DNA of 64,000 bases. It comes from Comamonadaceae bacterium (GTDB lineage Bacteria; Pseudomonadota; Gammaproteobacteria; Burkholderiales; Burkholderiaceae_C). The translations under genes and the position numbers were made by a program. This document shows positions 39,783-50,784 of this stretch, piece by piece. How positions within the stretch are numbered: position 1 is the first letter of the stretch; the number at the start of each line of letters is the position of its first letter. Location: contig CANBYM010000001.1 in the NCBI GenBank assembly GCA_947373605.1, positions 26,191 through 90,190 of the forward strand, in the 5' to 3' direction. The notes under the pieces are model-generated. The model made no database searches. It was not told the DNA's origin and saw only the letters and a program-made list of their open reading frames with translations.

Positions 39783-40075
39783 GGCAAGTTCTCTTTCAAA
39801 AAGTGTTTCGCGGCCGAACCGCACAAGGTTTGCCATCGTAGTGCCTTGAAAAGTAGAGTAAGCGCAACAACCAGAATTTTTTTGGTACAAATTTGATCAA
39901 CTTTTTATGAAGACTTTGTTGTTGTGACTTGTCAGTATTCGGGTACTTTGAACTCAGATAGGGCCTGCCGATATGCCCATGACACCGCGCAACCGTGGTT
40001 ACCGCCTGAAATCAAAAAGGCAGGTGCAAGGGGGCTGAGTCTTAAACACGAGGCGGGCATCCCTAAAATCCCGGG

Positions 40076-41770
40076 ATGAATCCATGGGACTATCCGCCCG
40101 CACCCTCTGTCGCAGTTCCCGATAACCCTGCCCGCCGACAACTGCTGGCAGCAGGTGCGGCGATAGCGTCCGGCCTGAGTCTAATTGCATGTTTACCGGG
40201 TCAAAATGCCACCGCTATTGAAGGCGGATTTACCGGCATTGAGTTTGAGCGGGGTCACATGCTGCGCGATTCATACGCTTGGCCCGCATCCACCGTACAT
40301 TGCAAAACCAAAGTCTTGATTGCCGGCGGTGGAGTTGCCGGATTGGCGTCGGCGCGTGCGCTACGCCTGGGTGGGGTGGAAGACTTTGCATTGTTGGAAT
40401 TAGAAGATTCTGCCGGTGGCAACGCGCGTGGCACGTCGGTCGGGGGCATCGCCTGTCCGATGGGTGCGCACTACCTGCCGCTACCCGGAGACGATGCACC
40501 CGATGTGCAAAACCTGCTCGAAGAACTCGGCCTTCGCCAACGTATTTCCGGGCGCTGGCAGTATGACGAACGACATTTGTGCCACAGTCCGCAGGAGCGG
40601 CTTTACTTCAACGGCCATTGGCAAGACGGCCTCCTCCCGGTGCAGGGTGTGAGCGCAGACACACTGTCGCAGTACCGCCAGTTTGCAACACTGGTAGAGC
40701 GGGCCCGCGTGCAAGAGACGTGGAGCCTGCCCGCTTACAAAGCGGGGGTTACGGCATTCAAGCAGTCACTCGCAGCACTGCGTTTTGATGACTATCTGAT
40801 GCAGCACGGGCTTGATGATGCGCATTTGCGCTGGTACCTGGACTACTGCTGCCGCGATGACTATGGCGCTGGCATTGCTACGGTGTCGGCATGGGCGGGA
40901 TTACATTACTTTGCAAGTCGCCACGGCTTTGCCGCCCCGGGTATGGATCACATGGAGCGCGAAGGATTGCTTACCTGGCCGCAAGGCAATGGCTGGCTCA
41001 CCCAGCGCATGGCCGCGCCCTTAGGTGAGCGGCTGCACACCGCGCGTGTGGTGGTGCGTATAGTGGTGGGAAAACACGGTGTAGAGGTGGATGCCTTCAA
41101 CACTGCGTCGCAGGTGATGGAGCGCTGGCAGGCACAAAGTGTGGTCGTCGCCTTGCCGGTGTTTGTGGCTGTGCGCGTGGTGCAAAACCCGCCATCATGG
41201 CTGCAAGAAGCCGCGCGTCGCGCGGTGTATGCGCCCTGGCTGGTGGCCAATATTCATATTGATAAAGCCTTGACCGACCACCCCGGCGCAGCGCCAAGCT
41301 GGGACAACGTGATTTATGGTGAAAGCACTCAGGCACCAGGCCTGGGGTATGTGGATGCAATGCACCAGAGCCTGCAAAGCGTGCCCGCTGCCACGGTATT
41401 GACTTACTATCGCGCGCTGGGGGACGCCACAAAAAGCGCCGATTTAAATGCCGCACGCAAGCAATTGATGCAAACCGCCTGGCAACAGTGGCGAGACACC
41501 ATATTGGCCGAACTTTCCGTGCCCCACCCCGACCTGCCCGCTAAAGTCCGGCGGATTGACATCACCCGCTACGGCCATGCCATGGCCATGCCGGTCCCCT
41601 CTTTGGAGGGGCGCATAGGCCTGCGCCCTGCCGGTTCACCGGATGTGAGCCCGCGCGCGGACCGTTTGCGATTTGCGCATAGCGATTGGGCGGGATACTC
41701 GGTGTTTGAAGAAGCATTTGCGATCGGCCATGCAGCAGGCACTGCGGCAGCCAAACAATACAAGGCTTAG
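40076..41770 (+). CDS. FAD-dependent amine oxidase-like protein, predicted Tat lipoprotein
   Basis: RRQLL twin-Arg and LIAC lipobox; GGGVAG, GAHY, CCRDDYG, RYGHAM and HSDW.GYSVFEEA motifs. Confidence 0.85.
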   Translation: MNPWDYPPAPSVAVPDNPARRQLLAAGAAIASGLSLIACLPGQNATAIEGGFTGIEFERGHMLRDSYAWPASTVHCKTKVLIAGGGVAGLASARALRLGGVEDFALLELEDSAGGNARGTSVGGIACPMGAHYLPLPGDDAPDVQNLLEELGLRQRISGRWQYDERHLCHSPQERLYFNGHWQDGLLPVQGVSADTLSQYRQFATLVERARVQETWSLPAYKAGVTAFKQSLAALRFDDYLMQHGLDDAHLRWYLDYCCRDDYGAGIATVSAWAGLHYFASRHGFAAPGMDHMEREGLLTWPQGNGWLTQRMAAPLGERLHTARVVVRIVVGKHGVEVDAFNTASQVMERWQAQSVVVALPVFVAVRVVQNPPSWLQEAARRAVYAPWLVANIHIDKALTDHPGAAPSWDNVIYGESTQAPGLGYVDAMHQSLQSVPAATVLTYYRALGDATKSADLNAARKQLMQTAWQQWRDTILAELSVPHPDLPAKVRRIDITRYGHAMAMPVPSLEGRIGLRPAGSPDVSPRADRLRFAHSDWAGYSVFEEAFAIGHAAGTAAAKQYKA

Positions 41771-41777
41771 GCAACCC

Positions 41778-43019
41778 ATGGCATACGACGTAGTTCAGCG
41801 GATACAGGCCTTTAACGCAGGTCGGCGCGAAGACTTGTTGGCGCTCAAATACCAAAAGATGCGGACAAGTCCCTTTGTATTTATGCGCGGTACTTGTCAC
41901 CTGTTTTATGACCGGCTGGCAACGATCGGCATCATGAAGAGGTCACCCTCCGTCTGGGTCTGCGGTGACCTGCATCTTGAGAACTTCGGCAGCTACAAAG
42001 GTGACAACCGGCTGGTGTATTTCGACCTCAACGACTTTGATGAATCGGCCCTTGCACCGGCAAGTTGGGAGCTGGTGCGCATGTTGACCAGCATTGAACT
42101 CGGTGCTATGGCAAATGGCATAGAGACTGACTCTTTACCTGCGCTATGTCAGGATTTTTTGCAGGCGTATGTAGCTGCGTTGTCGCTCGGCAAGGCCTAC
42201 TGGCTGGAGCGGGAAACGGCGCAAGGTCCGGTGCGGCGGCACCTTGACAGCGTGCGCACGCGTACGCGCATGGAACTGCTGGATTCGCGCACGACCCGTA
42301 AAACCCGTCAGCGCGCGATTCGCGTCGATGGCAAAAAAGCGGTGGCCGTTACTCTCCCGCAGCGGGAGGCAGTGACCGATTTTTTGAAGACCTTTGCCAG
42401 CACCCAAAGTAATCCGGCATTTTTTGAAGTGCTGGATCTTGCTCAGCGTGTTGCCGGCACAGGCAGTCTGGGGCTGGAGCGCTTTGTCATTTTGGTCAAA
42501 GGCAAAGCGCCTACCAAGAGCGCGGCCGATGGCAACTACCTGCTGGACCTCAAGGTGGCAACGCCTTCGTCCTTGCTGCCCCATGTTTCTGTCAAGCAAC
42601 CGCGCTGGCAAAGTGAGGCGCATCGCGTGGTTGCGTTGCAGCAGCGCATGCAGGCTGTTCCCATGGCCTTCTTGCATGCGCTGCAGTGGGGCAAGCGCTC
42701 ATTGGTGTTGCGCGCGCTTCAGCCTTCGGAGGACCGCATCGCCATTGGCAACGGCAATCACAGTGCGGGTGAGCTATCGCAGGTTCTGCGCAATATGGGC
42801 CAGTTGGTAGCTTGGGCGCAGTTGCGCAGCGCGGGGCGGCAAGGTTCGGCGATTGCTGATGAATTGATTGATTTTTCTCACGCGCACAAATGGCAGACGC
42901 GCCTGGTAGAGAACGCGCGTGCCTGCGCGGACCAGACGCGTGAAGACGCTCAAGCTTTCAATGTGGCTTACGACAACGGCGTCTTTGGCAAATCTGCTGC
43001 TCGATCCCGCAAGGCCTGA
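41778..43019 (+). CDS. DUF2252 family protein (kinase-like fold)
   Basis: SPFVFMRGT, GDLHLENFG, FDLNDFDE and VAGTGSLG motifs. Confidence 0.87.
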   Translation: MAYDVVQRIQAFNAGRREDLLALKYQKMRTSPFVFMRGTCHLFYDRLATIGIMKRSPSVWVCGDLHLENFGSYKGDNRLVYFDLNDFDESALAPASWELVRMLTSIELGAMANGIETDSLPALCQDFLQAYVAALSLGKAYWLERETAQGPVRRHLDSVRTRTRMELLDSRTTRKTRQRAIRVDGKKAVAVTLPQREAVTDFLKTFASTQSNPAFFEVLDLAQRVAGTGSLGLERFVILVKGKAPTKSAADGNYLLDLKVATPSSLLPHVSVKQPRWQSEAHRVVALQQRMQAVPMAFLHALQWGKRSLVLRALQPSEDRIAIGNGNHSAGELSQVLRNMGQLVAWAQLRSAGRQGSAIADELIDFSHAHKWQTRLVENARACADQTREDAQAFNVAYDNGVFGKSAARSRKA

Positions 43020-44696
43020 ATGATGACCGAGACGGCAAATACGGCGTCATTGACCAAAGTGGGCTTTATCACCGGGGATCTGGTGGCAGGTCTGTGTGTC
43101 GCGGGATTGCTATTGCCCGAGGCAGTGGCTTACGCCGGCCTGGCACATCTGCCGGTCGCCCATGCGTTTACCGCGCTGATCGTCGGCCTGGCGCTTTACG
43201 CCTTGTTTGGAAGCAGCCGCTTTGCCATCGTGGCCCCAACCTCCAGCACGGCTACGCTGGCAGCCGCTGCCGCAGTAGCGCTGACCGGTGTGTATTCCAC
43301 TGCCAGTGCGGCGGCGTATACCCAAGTGGTGATGGCAATGGTGTTGGTCAGTGGTGCCATGCTTGTCGCTTTGGCACTCGCGCGGCAAGGCCAGTTGTCC
43401 ACCTTTATTTCGCGCCCGGTGCTTAAGGGCTTTGCCTTTGCCGTGGCGGTATCTATTGTGGTCAAGCAATTGCCGGACGCGCTGGGTTTTGAAATACCTG
43501 CGGGTAATGGGGGTGACCCGTTTCGCATTCTGCTGTTCACGCTGGCGAATGCGCCGCTGTGGAACCTGCCGAGCGTCGGTATTGCGTTGGTATGCGCGCT
43601 GGCTATTGCTGCGCTCAGGCGTTGGCCACAAGTGCCGGGTGCCATGTTGGTCATTGTGCTGGCCATTGCAGCCTCGTCGGCTTTCGACTTGTCGACGCTG
43701 GGTGTGCGTCAGATCGGGGTTGTCGCTCCCATGCAATTGCAATTCGGCTTTCCGGATCTGGTGTTTGCCGACTGGGTGCGTGTGGGTGAGCTGGCTTTTG
43801 GCTTGGTGATGTTGGTTTTTGCGGAGTCCTGGGGCAGCATGCGCAGCACCGCGCTGGCCCATGGCGACTCCCTGGACCCTAACCGGGAGTTGTTGGTGCT
43901 GGGTGCTTGCAATGTGAGTGCCGCCCTGTTTCAGGGGATGCCGGTGGGCGCGGGTTTTTCCGCCACTGCGGCAAATGCTGCGGCGGGAGCAGTGTCCAGA
44001 AAGTCCGGCGCCGTGGCCTTGGTCGCAGTGTTGACCACGTTGGCGTTTGCCTTGCCCGCGTTGCACTTTTTACCGCGACCGGTGTTGGCGGTTGCTGTGA
44101 TCGGAGCACTGCAGCACGCGCTGTCACCCAAACCGCTGGTTGCGTTTTGGGCCATGAATCGCGACAGGGTGTTGCTGGTGGGTGCCGCTTTGGGTGTCCT
44201 GGTGCTTGGGGTACTTGACGGCATGTTGGCGGCAGTGGGCTTGTCGCTGCTGGCAGCTTTGCAGCGCTTCAGCCAACCGGTTTTGCATGAGCTGGGTGCG
44301 TTGGGCGATACGCGTAACTATGTCGACGTACGCACCCAGCCAAACGCGAACCTGGTGCAGGGGCTGCTCATCCTCCGACCTGAAGAGCCACTGTTTTTCG
44401 GCAGTGCCGAGCGGGTGAATAGTGCAGTGCTCAATGCGGCGCGCGCCCGAACCGGTTTGCGGACAGTGATCTTGAGCCTGGAAGAAAGCGCCGATTTGGA
44501 CAGCACGGCGGTGGACTGCCTGCTCGAACTTGACATGGCGCTTTATCGCCAGAACATCAACTTGCTGTTGGCGCGCGCTAAAACGACAGTTCGCGATCTA
44601 TTGCGCACTTGGAATCCACAAGGCCTGGGTCGTGAAGACCGCCTGTTCTGGAGCGTGGCCGATGCAGTGGACCATGCCATAAAAACCAATCGATAG
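43020..44696 (+). CDS. SulP/SLC26 anion transporter with STAS domain
   Basis: DLVAG..PEAVAYA, YALFGSS, NRELL..G..N; STAS segment PLFF..AE..DLDST. Confidence 0.92.
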   Translation: MMTETANTASLTKVGFITGDLVAGLCVAGLLLPEAVAYAGLAHLPVAHAFTALIVGLALYALFGSSRFAIVAPTSSTATLAAAAAVALTGVYSTASAAAYTQVVMAMVLVSGAMLVALALARQGQLSTFISRPVLKGFAFAVAVSIVVKQLPDALGFEIPAGNGGDPFRILLFTLANAPLWNLPSVGIALVCALAIAALRRWPQVPGAMLVIVLAIAASSAFDLSTLGVRQIGVVAPMQLQFGFPDLVFADWVRVGELAFGLVMLVFAESWGSMRSTALAHGDSLDPNRELLVLGACNVSAALFQGMPVGAGFSATAANAAAGAVSRKSGAVALVAVLTTLAFALPALHFLPRPVLAVAVIGALQHALSPKPLVAFWAMNRDRVLLVGAALGVLVLGVLDGMLAAVGLSLLAALQRFSQPVLHELGALGDTRNYVDVRTQPNANLVQGLLILRPEEPLFFGSAERVNSAVLNAARARTGLRTVILSLEESADLDSTAVDCLLELDMALYRQNINLLLARAKTTVRDLLRTWNPQGLGREDRLFWSVADAVDHAIKTNR

Positions 44697-44700
44697 ACGT

Positions 44701-44759
44701 TTTGGTAATTAGAAACCAATAAAACGGTAGTTCCAGTTTTAACGAAACGCTTCCAGAAT
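44701..44759 (+). promoter_or_regulatory. Putative CysB/Cbl-type promoter, copy 1 (sbp-ssu)
   Basis: TTTGGTAATTAG-N14-GTAGTT-N21-CAGAAT; same spacing as two other sites. Confidence 0.6.
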
Positions 44760-44803
44760 CCGGCTCATCGCACTATTGCGTTGCTATTTTCTGGAGTTGA
44801 ATC

Positions 44804-45886
44804 GTGTCCCAGTCCCCCATCGCCACCGCACCCACCCACTCCCCGGTGTTGCGTCGTTCTTTGTTGAAATTTGCTGCCGCGGCCACGCAACTGGCGGCAG
44901 TCAGCGCCGTTTCACTGGGTGCCTTTTCTACCGGCGCTTGGGCCCAACAACCAGCCGCCACCTTGCTCAATGTTTCGTACGACCCTACCCGTGAGCTTTA
45001 TGTGGAATACAACGCTGCGTTTTCCAAGTACTGGAAGGCCAAGACCGGTCAGGACGTGACGATCAAGCAGTCCCATGGCGGCTCCGGCAAACAGGCGCGC
45101 TCCGTGATTGACGGGCTGGATGCGGACGTGGTCACGCTGGCATTGGCCGGCGACATTGACGCCATTTCCAAAAATGGCGGCTGGTTGCCCAAAGACTGGC
45201 AAAAGCGCCTGCCCCACAACTCATCGCCTTACCAGTCCACCATCATTTTCGCGGTGCGCGAAGGTAACCCTAAGGGCATCAAAGACTGGGACGACCTGAT
45301 CAAACCCGGCATTGCCGTTATTACGCCCAATCCCAAGACGTCGGGCGGTGCGCGCTGGAACTATCTGGCGGCATGGGAGTTTGCCAAGCGCAAATACGGT
45401 GGCGATGCCAAGGCCAAAGAGTTTGTAGCCAAGCTGTATGCCAATGTGCCGATTCTGGACACCGGAGCGCGCGGCTCCACGATTACCTTTGCGCAACGCA
45501 ATCAGGGCGATGTGCTGATTGCCTGGGAAAACGAAGCCTATCTGTTGGAAAAAGAGTTTGGTGCCAAGTTTGACGTGGTAGCGCCTCCATTGAGCATCTT
45601 GGCCGAGCCACCCGTGGCTGTGGTCGATAAGAACGTCGACAAAAAAGGCACACGTGCACTGGCTGAGGAATACCTGAAGTTCCTCTACACCGAAGAAGCG
45701 CAGGACATCATCGGCAAAAACTTCTACCGTCCGGCCGTATCGGAAAAGGCCAAAGCCAAATACGCCAAGCAGTTTGCCAAGATCAACCTGTTCACCATCG
45801 ACCAGGCCTTCGGTGACTGGGAAAAAGCGGACAAAGACCACTTTGCGGATGGCGGTAGCTTCGATCAGATTTACACCAAAAAGTAA
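44804..45886 (+). CDS. sbp: Sulfate/thiosulfate ABC substrate-binding protein
   Basis: [23 protein letters not shown] and [10 protein letters not shown] motifs; GTG start. Confidence 0.95.
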   Translation: MSQSPIATAPTHSPVLRRSLLKFAAAATQLAAVSAVSLGAFSTGAWAQQPAATLLNVSYDPTRELYVEYNAAFSKYWKAKTGQDVTIKQSHGGSGKQARSVIDGLDADVVTLALAGDIDAISKNGGWLPKDWQKRLPHNSSPYQSTIIFAVREGNPKGIKDWDDLIKPGIAVITPNPKTSGGARWNYLAAWEFAKRKYGGDAKAKEFVAKLYANVPILDTGARGSTITFAQRNQGDVLIAWENEAYLLEKEFGAKFDVVAPPLSILAEPPVAVVDKNVDKKGTRALAEEYLKFLYTEEAQDIIGKNFYRPAVSEKAKAKYAKQFAKINLFTIDQAFGDWEKADKDHFADGGSFDQIYTKK

Positions 45887-45926
45887 ACCGCCCGCAGTTC
45901 CGTCCAACACCTAACCTAAGCTTGTA

Positions 45927-46517
45927 ATGTCCGTTTTATTGATAGCCGGGAGCCCCTCGGAACACTCGCGCACAGCCGCCGTGCTGGAAGCCGCCGGGCA
46001 GCGTTTGGAGACCCGTGGCGCTTTGGTCACCCGCCTGCGCGTGCGGGATCTGTCGCCGCAGGCCCTTTTGCTGGCCGACTACGGCCACCGGTCTATCAGC
46101 CACGCCATCGGGCAAGTGGCGCAAGCGAGGGTCATCGTCGTTGCGACGCCGGTTTACAAAGCGGCTTATAGCGGCTTGCTCAAGGTTTTTCTGGACGTGT
46201 TGCCGCAAGACGGTTTCAAGGGCAAAACGGTGTTGCCACTGGCAACCGGCGGCAGTCCACATCACATGCTGGCGCTGGATTACTCACTTCGCCCGGTTTT
46301 GCAGTCTTTGGGTGCGAAAAACATACTGCCAGGCATTTACGCCACTGATGCACAGGTCGCGCCCAACGGCGATGGTCAATACAGTGTGAACGCCGATATC
46401 GGCGAGCGGCTAGATGAAGCGGTCAATCTGCTGATCACCGAGACATTGCAATCCGGTTTTGCGCATGCCGGGCGATTTGCGCCAGTGCACTTTTCGCAAG
46501 TGCGATGTAGCGTTTAA
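45927..46517 (+). CDS. ssuE: NADPH-dependent FMN reductase
   Basis: GSPS..SRT, TPVYKAAYSG and ATGGS..H motifs; heads the ssu cluster. Confidence 0.93.
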   Translation: MSVLLIAGSPSEHSRTAAVLEAAGQRLETRGALVTRLRVRDLSPQALLLADYGHRSISHAIGQVAQARVIVVATPVYKAAYSGLLKVFLDVLPQDGFKGKTVLPLATGGSPHHMLALDYSLRPVLQSLGAKNILPGIYATDAQVAPNGDGQYSVNADIGERLDEAVNLLITETLQSGFAHAGRFAPVHFSQVRCSV

Positions 46518-46609
46518 CGCCCGACGACTTTCTATTTCCCGCCCGATTTTTAAGAACCCGCATGTGCGGCAAGGCCCCAGCTTTGCCCATGCATTTTGAA
46601 AGTAACACT

Positions 46610-47596
46610 ATGACCAAAATCCAATCCACGAGCCGCCGCTATGCACTTAAAAGCACTGCTGCCGCATTGGCAACATTGGCCGCAGGCCCGGGTGTATTGA
46701 TCGCCAGCAGCCACGCAGCCGCACAAAGCGCCACCCGCACTTTGCGCATCGGATACCAAAAGGGATGGTTGTCCATTCTTAAAGGTCGCGGAACATTGGA
46801 AAAGCGCCTGGCGCCGCTGGGTGTCAACGTCACCTGGACCGAATTCAATGCGGGCCCCGTGCAGCTTGAAGCCCTGAATGTGGGCGCCATTGACTTCGGC
46901 GATGTTGGCGAAGCGCCACCCATTTTTGCGCAGGCCGCAGGCGCCCCGCTCGTTTACGCCGGTGCGACGGTGCCGCGCCCGCAGTTGGAAGCTATCGTGG
47001 TGCCCAAGGATTCACCGATCCAAAAAGTGGCCGACCTTAAAGGCAGGCGTATCGCCTACAACAAGGGCTCCAACGTGCAGTACTTCCTGGCCAAGCTCCT
47101 GCAAAAGAACGGATTGCAGTACACCGATGTGCAGCATATCCACTTGCCTCCACCTGACGCACGTGCCGCGTTTGAGAAGGGTGCGATTGACGCCTGGATC
47201 ATCTGGGACCCGTTTCTTGCCTCTGCCCAAAAGACGCTGGATGCCCGCTTGCTGGTCGATGCCAAGGGTGTGGTGAACAACCGCCAGTACTACTTCACCT
47301 CCCGCGATTTCGCTACCAAAAACACTGACGTGCTCAAGATCGCCATTGCAGAGGTCAACACGATTGACAGCTGGATACGTGACAACAAGTCCGTTGCTGC
47401 TGCAGAGCTGGCCACCGTGCTGGGACTGGATAAAAGCATTACCGAGCTGTTTGTAAGCCGTGCCGCCTATGGCACGAACCCGGTTACCAGTGACATCCTG
47501 GCTGAGCAGCAAGCCATCGCCGACACATTTTTTGAGCTCAAGCTCATTCCCAAAAAGCTCAATCTGCTGCACGCAGCGCCTGTAAGCCTGAGCTGA
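46610..47596 (+). CDS. ssuA: Aliphatic sulfonate-binding protein
   Basis: LRIGYQK, EF.AGP..LEAL, GEAPP and WIIWDP motifs. Confidence 0.92.
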   Translation: MTKIQSTSRRYALKSTAAALATLAAGPGVLIASSHAAAQSATRTLRIGYQKGWLSILKGRGTLEKRLAPLGVNVTWTEFNAGPVQLEALNVGAIDFGDVGEAPPIFAQAAGAPLVYAGATVPRPQLEAIVVPKDSPIQKVADLKGRRIAYNKGSNVQYFLAKLLQKNGLQYTDVQHIHLPPPDARAAFEKGAIDAWIIWDPFLASAQKTLDARLLVDAKGVVNNRQYYFTSRDFATKNTDVLKIAIAEVNTIDSWIRDNKSVAAAELATVLGLDKSITELFVSRAAYGTNPVTSDILAEQQAIADTFFELKLIPKKLNLLHAAPVSLS

Positions 47597-47617
47597 TTGT
47601 TCAACGCGAGTTTCACC

Positions 47618-48646
47618 ATGTCAAACGCGATCCAACGCATCCCACAGTCACTGCCATCACGCCGCCGAGCGCTGCAGGTTCTCGCGATAACCGCCGGCAC
47701 TTGGGGCCTGGGTGGCCCGATTTTTAGCCCCGCACTCGCGCAGGCTGTGGCCAACAAATCGGTGAGCAAGCAGCCCGAAATATTGCGCGTTGGCTACCAG
47801 AAGTCTGCGGCAAATCTGGTCATCCTCAAACAGCAGGGCGCGCTGGAAAAGCGCTTCCCGCAAACCAAGGTCAGCTGGATTGAATTTCCCGCGGGCCCGC
47901 AGTTGCTAGAAGCCCTTTCGGTAGGCAGCCTTGAATTCGGTCTGACCGGAGATTCACCCCCCGTGTTTGCACAAGCCGCCGGCAAAGACCTTGTGTACGT
48001 CGGTGCCGAACCACCTAAGCCGGACAGCTCCGCCATTCTGGTGCTCAAGGAATCGCCTCTGCATAAACTGTCAGAGTTAAAGGGGAAGAAAGTCGCGCTG
48101 CAAAAAGGGTCGAGCGCGCACTATTTGCTGGTCGCTGCGGTAGATAAAGCCGGTTTGCAGTGGGCTGATATTCAACCCATTTACCTCACACCCGCCGACG
48201 CGCGTGCTGCATTTGAGCGCAAGAGCGTGGACGCTTGGGCGATTTGGGACCCGTTCTATTCGGCCACCGAATTGCAGATTCAGGCGCGTGCACTGAGCAC
48301 CGGGCGCGGTCTGTCGAGCAACAACTCGTTCTATCTGGCCTCGCGCAACTTTGCAACGCAATACCCCAAGGTCATCGCCGCGCTGTTTGACGAGCTCACC
48401 CGCGCCGACCGCTTTGTGCAGGAAAACCGGCCTGCAGCCATCAAGCTGATTGCCGACTTCAGTGGCTTGGATGCGGGCGTAGTCAGTCTCTTTTTGCAGC
48501 GGCGCCCTTCTTCGCCGGTAGGCCCGTTGACCGCAAGCACCAAGACCGATCAGCAAAAAGTGGCGGATGCATTTTTGAAGCTGGGGCTGATCCCCAAGGC
48601 CGTGCAAGTGACAGACATCGTTTGGACTGCACAGGGCAAGGTTTGA
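47618..48646 (+). CDS. ssuA: Aliphatic sulfonate-binding protein, second paralogue
   Basis: [26 protein letters not shown] and WAIWDP motifs. Confidence 0.92.
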   Translation: MSNAIQRIPQSLPSRRRALQVLAITAGTWGLGGPIFSPALAQAVANKSVSKQPEILRVGYQKSAANLVILKQQGALEKRFPQTKVSWIEFPAGPQLLEALSVGSLEFGLTGDSPPVFAQAAGKDLVYVGAEPPKPDSSAILVLKESPLHKLSELKGKKVALQKGSSAHYLLVAAVDKAGLQWADIQPIYLTPADARAAFERKSVDAWAIWDPFYSATELQIQARALSTGRGLSSNNSFYLASRNFATQYPKVIAALFDELTRADRFVQENRPAAIKLIADFSGLDAGVVSLFLQRRPSSPVGPLTASTKTDQQKVADAFLKLGLIPKAVQVTDIVWTAQGKV

Positions 48647-48698
48647 AACCGCCCCGCTCCTTCACCCATTCCCATTTCGTACTTCCGTTCTAGCCATC

Positions 48699-49862
48699 AT
48701 GAAAATTTTCTGGTTCATTCCCACCCACGGCGACAGCCGTTACCTCGGCACCGCAGAGGGCGCGCGCACGCTCAACCACAACTACCTCAAGCAAGTCGCA
48801 CAAGCAGCAGACAGCCTGGGCTATGAAGGGGTTCTGATTCCCACAGGCCGCTCATGCGAAGACCCTTGGGTAGTAGCGTCCAGCCTGCTCTCGGTTACGA
48901 CGCGTCTCAAATTCCTAGTGGCGGTGCGTCCGGGCTTGCACCAACCCGCATTGGCGGCGCGCATGGCCGCATCCTTTGACCGCATGTCCAACGGGCGCCT
49001 GTTGATCAATCTGGTGACCGGCGGTGACAAGACGGAGCTTGAGGGTGACGGTGTTTTTCTGGATCACTCCGAGCGCTATGAACAGTCCGCTGAGTTCATC
49101 CGCATCTGGCGCGAAATCCTGACGCGCAGCCATGATGGTGAGACCTTTGACTATGAGGGAAAACACCTGCAAGTCAAAGGCGCCAAGCTGCTTTACCCGC
49201 CGATTCAAAAACCCCATCCGCCGGTGTACTTCGGCGGATCATCCGACGCGGCACACGACCTGGCTGCAGAGCAAGTAGAGACCTACCTTACGTGGGGCGA
49301 GCCGCCCGCTGATGTGGCCAAAAAAGTGGTTGATGTCCGCGCGCGCGCCGCCAAGCGGGGTCGTACGGTCAAGTTCGGTATTCGCCTGCACGTCATTGTG
49401 CGCGAAACCGAAGAGCAAGCATGGGCCGCAGCGGACGCGCTGATTAGCCGTTTGAATGATGACGTGGTGGAACGCGCACAAACCGCGTTTGCCAAAATGG
49501 ACTCTGAAGGTCAGCGCCGCATGGCTGCGCTGCACGGCACCGGCAAAAAGCGCGCGCGCGCCGACCTAGAAATCAGCCCCAACTTATGGGCGGGTGTGGG
49601 GCTGGTGCGCGGTGGCGCAGGCACTGCATTGGTGGGCGACCCGCAAACCGTGGCGGCGCGTATCAAGGAATACGCCGACCTGGGGCTCGATACCTTTGTG
49701 TTGTCCGGCTACCCGCATCTGGAAGAGGCCTACCGCTTCGCCGAATTGGTATTTCCGCTGCTGCCCGTAGCGCTGCAGGAAAAGCTGGCAGGTGGCACAC
49801 CCTTCGGCCCCTTTGGTGAAGTGGTAGCCAACGTGTATGTGCCCAAAGTCTCCCAGAGCTGA
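48699..49862 (+). CDS. ssuD: FMNH2-dependent alkanesulfonate monooxygenase
   Basis: [24 protein letters not shown] and [18 protein letters not shown] motifs. Confidence 0.97.
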   Translation: MKIFWFIPTHGDSRYLGTAEGARTLNHNYLKQVAQAADSLGYEGVLIPTGRSCEDPWVVASSLLSVTTRLKFLVAVRPGLHQPALAARMAASFDRMSNGRLLINLVTGGDKTELEGDGVFLDHSERYEQSAEFIRIWREILTRSHDGETFDYEGKHLQVKGAKLLYPPIQKPHPPVYFGGSSDAAHDLAAEQVETYLTWGEPPADVAKKVVDVRARAAKRGRTVKFGIRLHVIVRETEEQAWAAADALISRLNDDVVERAQTAFAKMDSEGQRRMAALHGTGKKRARADLEISPNLWAGVGLVRGGAGTALVGDPQTVAARIKEYADLGLDTFVLSGYPHLEEAYRFAELVFPLLPVALQEKLAGGTPFGPFGEVVANVYVPKVSQS

Positions 49863-49864
49863 AC

Positions 49865-50770
49865 GTGTCCACCGCCATGTCACAAATTCTTCAGGACCGC
49901 TCCGCTCCCGCGCAGGTCGACACCATTGAGGCACCGGGTTACGGATTCCTGGCGGTGCACCCCTTGAGCGAAAAGCAGTTTGCACTTGTTGCCCAATTCT
50001 TGCGCAGCGTGGCGCAGCGCCTCATCCCCTGGCTGGTACCGCTGGCTCTGATCGCGTTGTGGCAACTCAGTGCTTCGAGGGGCTGGCTGTCCAACCGTGT
50101 GCTGCCCGCACCTGTCGACGTGGCTGCCGCGGCTTGGCGGCTGGCAGAGTCCGGCGAGCTCTGGATTCATGTGCGCGTCAGTGCCGCGCGCGCACTGACC
50201 GGGCTGGCTATTGGCGGCGGCCTGGGCTTGCTACTGGGTTTGCTGACGGGCTCGGTGCGGCTTTTTGAAACGCTGCTCGACTCCACCGTCCAAATGGTGC
50301 GCAACATTCCGGCCCTGGCCATGATTCCGCTGGTGATTTTGTGGTTTGGTATTGACGAATCGGCCAAGTTGTTTCTGATCGCGGTGTCGGTGTTCTTCCC
50401 GATTTACCTCAACACCTTTCATGGCATCCGCAATGTGGACCCGGGGCTGATCGAGATGGGGCGTACCTACGGCCTCAGCCGCTGGCAACTCTACACCCAG
50501 GTGGTGTTGCCCGGCGCTTTGTCCAGCATTCTGGTGGGCTTGCGCTTTTCACTGGGTCTGATGTGGGTGATTCTGATCGTCGCGGAAACCATCTCGGCAC
50601 AGGCCGGCATCGGTTACCTCACCATGAACGCCCGTGAGTTTTTGCAAACGGATGTGGTGCTGGTGGGCATCCTTCTGTACGCACTGCTGGGCAAGCTTGC
50701 TGATTTGTTTGCCAGTGCGCTGGAGCGTAGTTGGCTGCGCTGGCACCCCGGCTATCAACCGCGTAATTAA
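49865..50770 (+). CDS. ssuC: Sulfonate ABC permease
   Basis: [17 protein letters not shown] and AREFLQTD motifs; start uncertain. Confidence 0.94.
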   Translation: MSTAMSQILQDRSAPAQVDTIEAPGYGFLAVHPLSEKQFALVAQFLRSVAQRLIPWLVPLALIALWQLSASRGWLSNRVLPAPVDVAAAAWRLAESGELWIHVRVSAARALTGLAIGGGLGLLLGLLTGSVRLFETLLDSTVQMVRNIPALAMIPLVILWFGIDESAKLFLIAVSVFFPIYLNTFHGIRNVDPGLIEMGRTYGLSRWQLYTQVVLPGALSSILVGLRFSLGLMWVILIVAETISAQAGIGYLTMNAREFLQTDVVLVGILLYALLGKLADLFASALERSWLRWHPGYQPRN

Positions 50771-50784
50771 CACGCACATCCTGT

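Noticed and set aside
39973-40038. Short ORF MPMTPRNRGYRLKSKRQVQGG or ncRNA upstream of the amine oxidase
   Set aside because: No clear RBS and no RNA family I recognise; cannot be supported without conservation data
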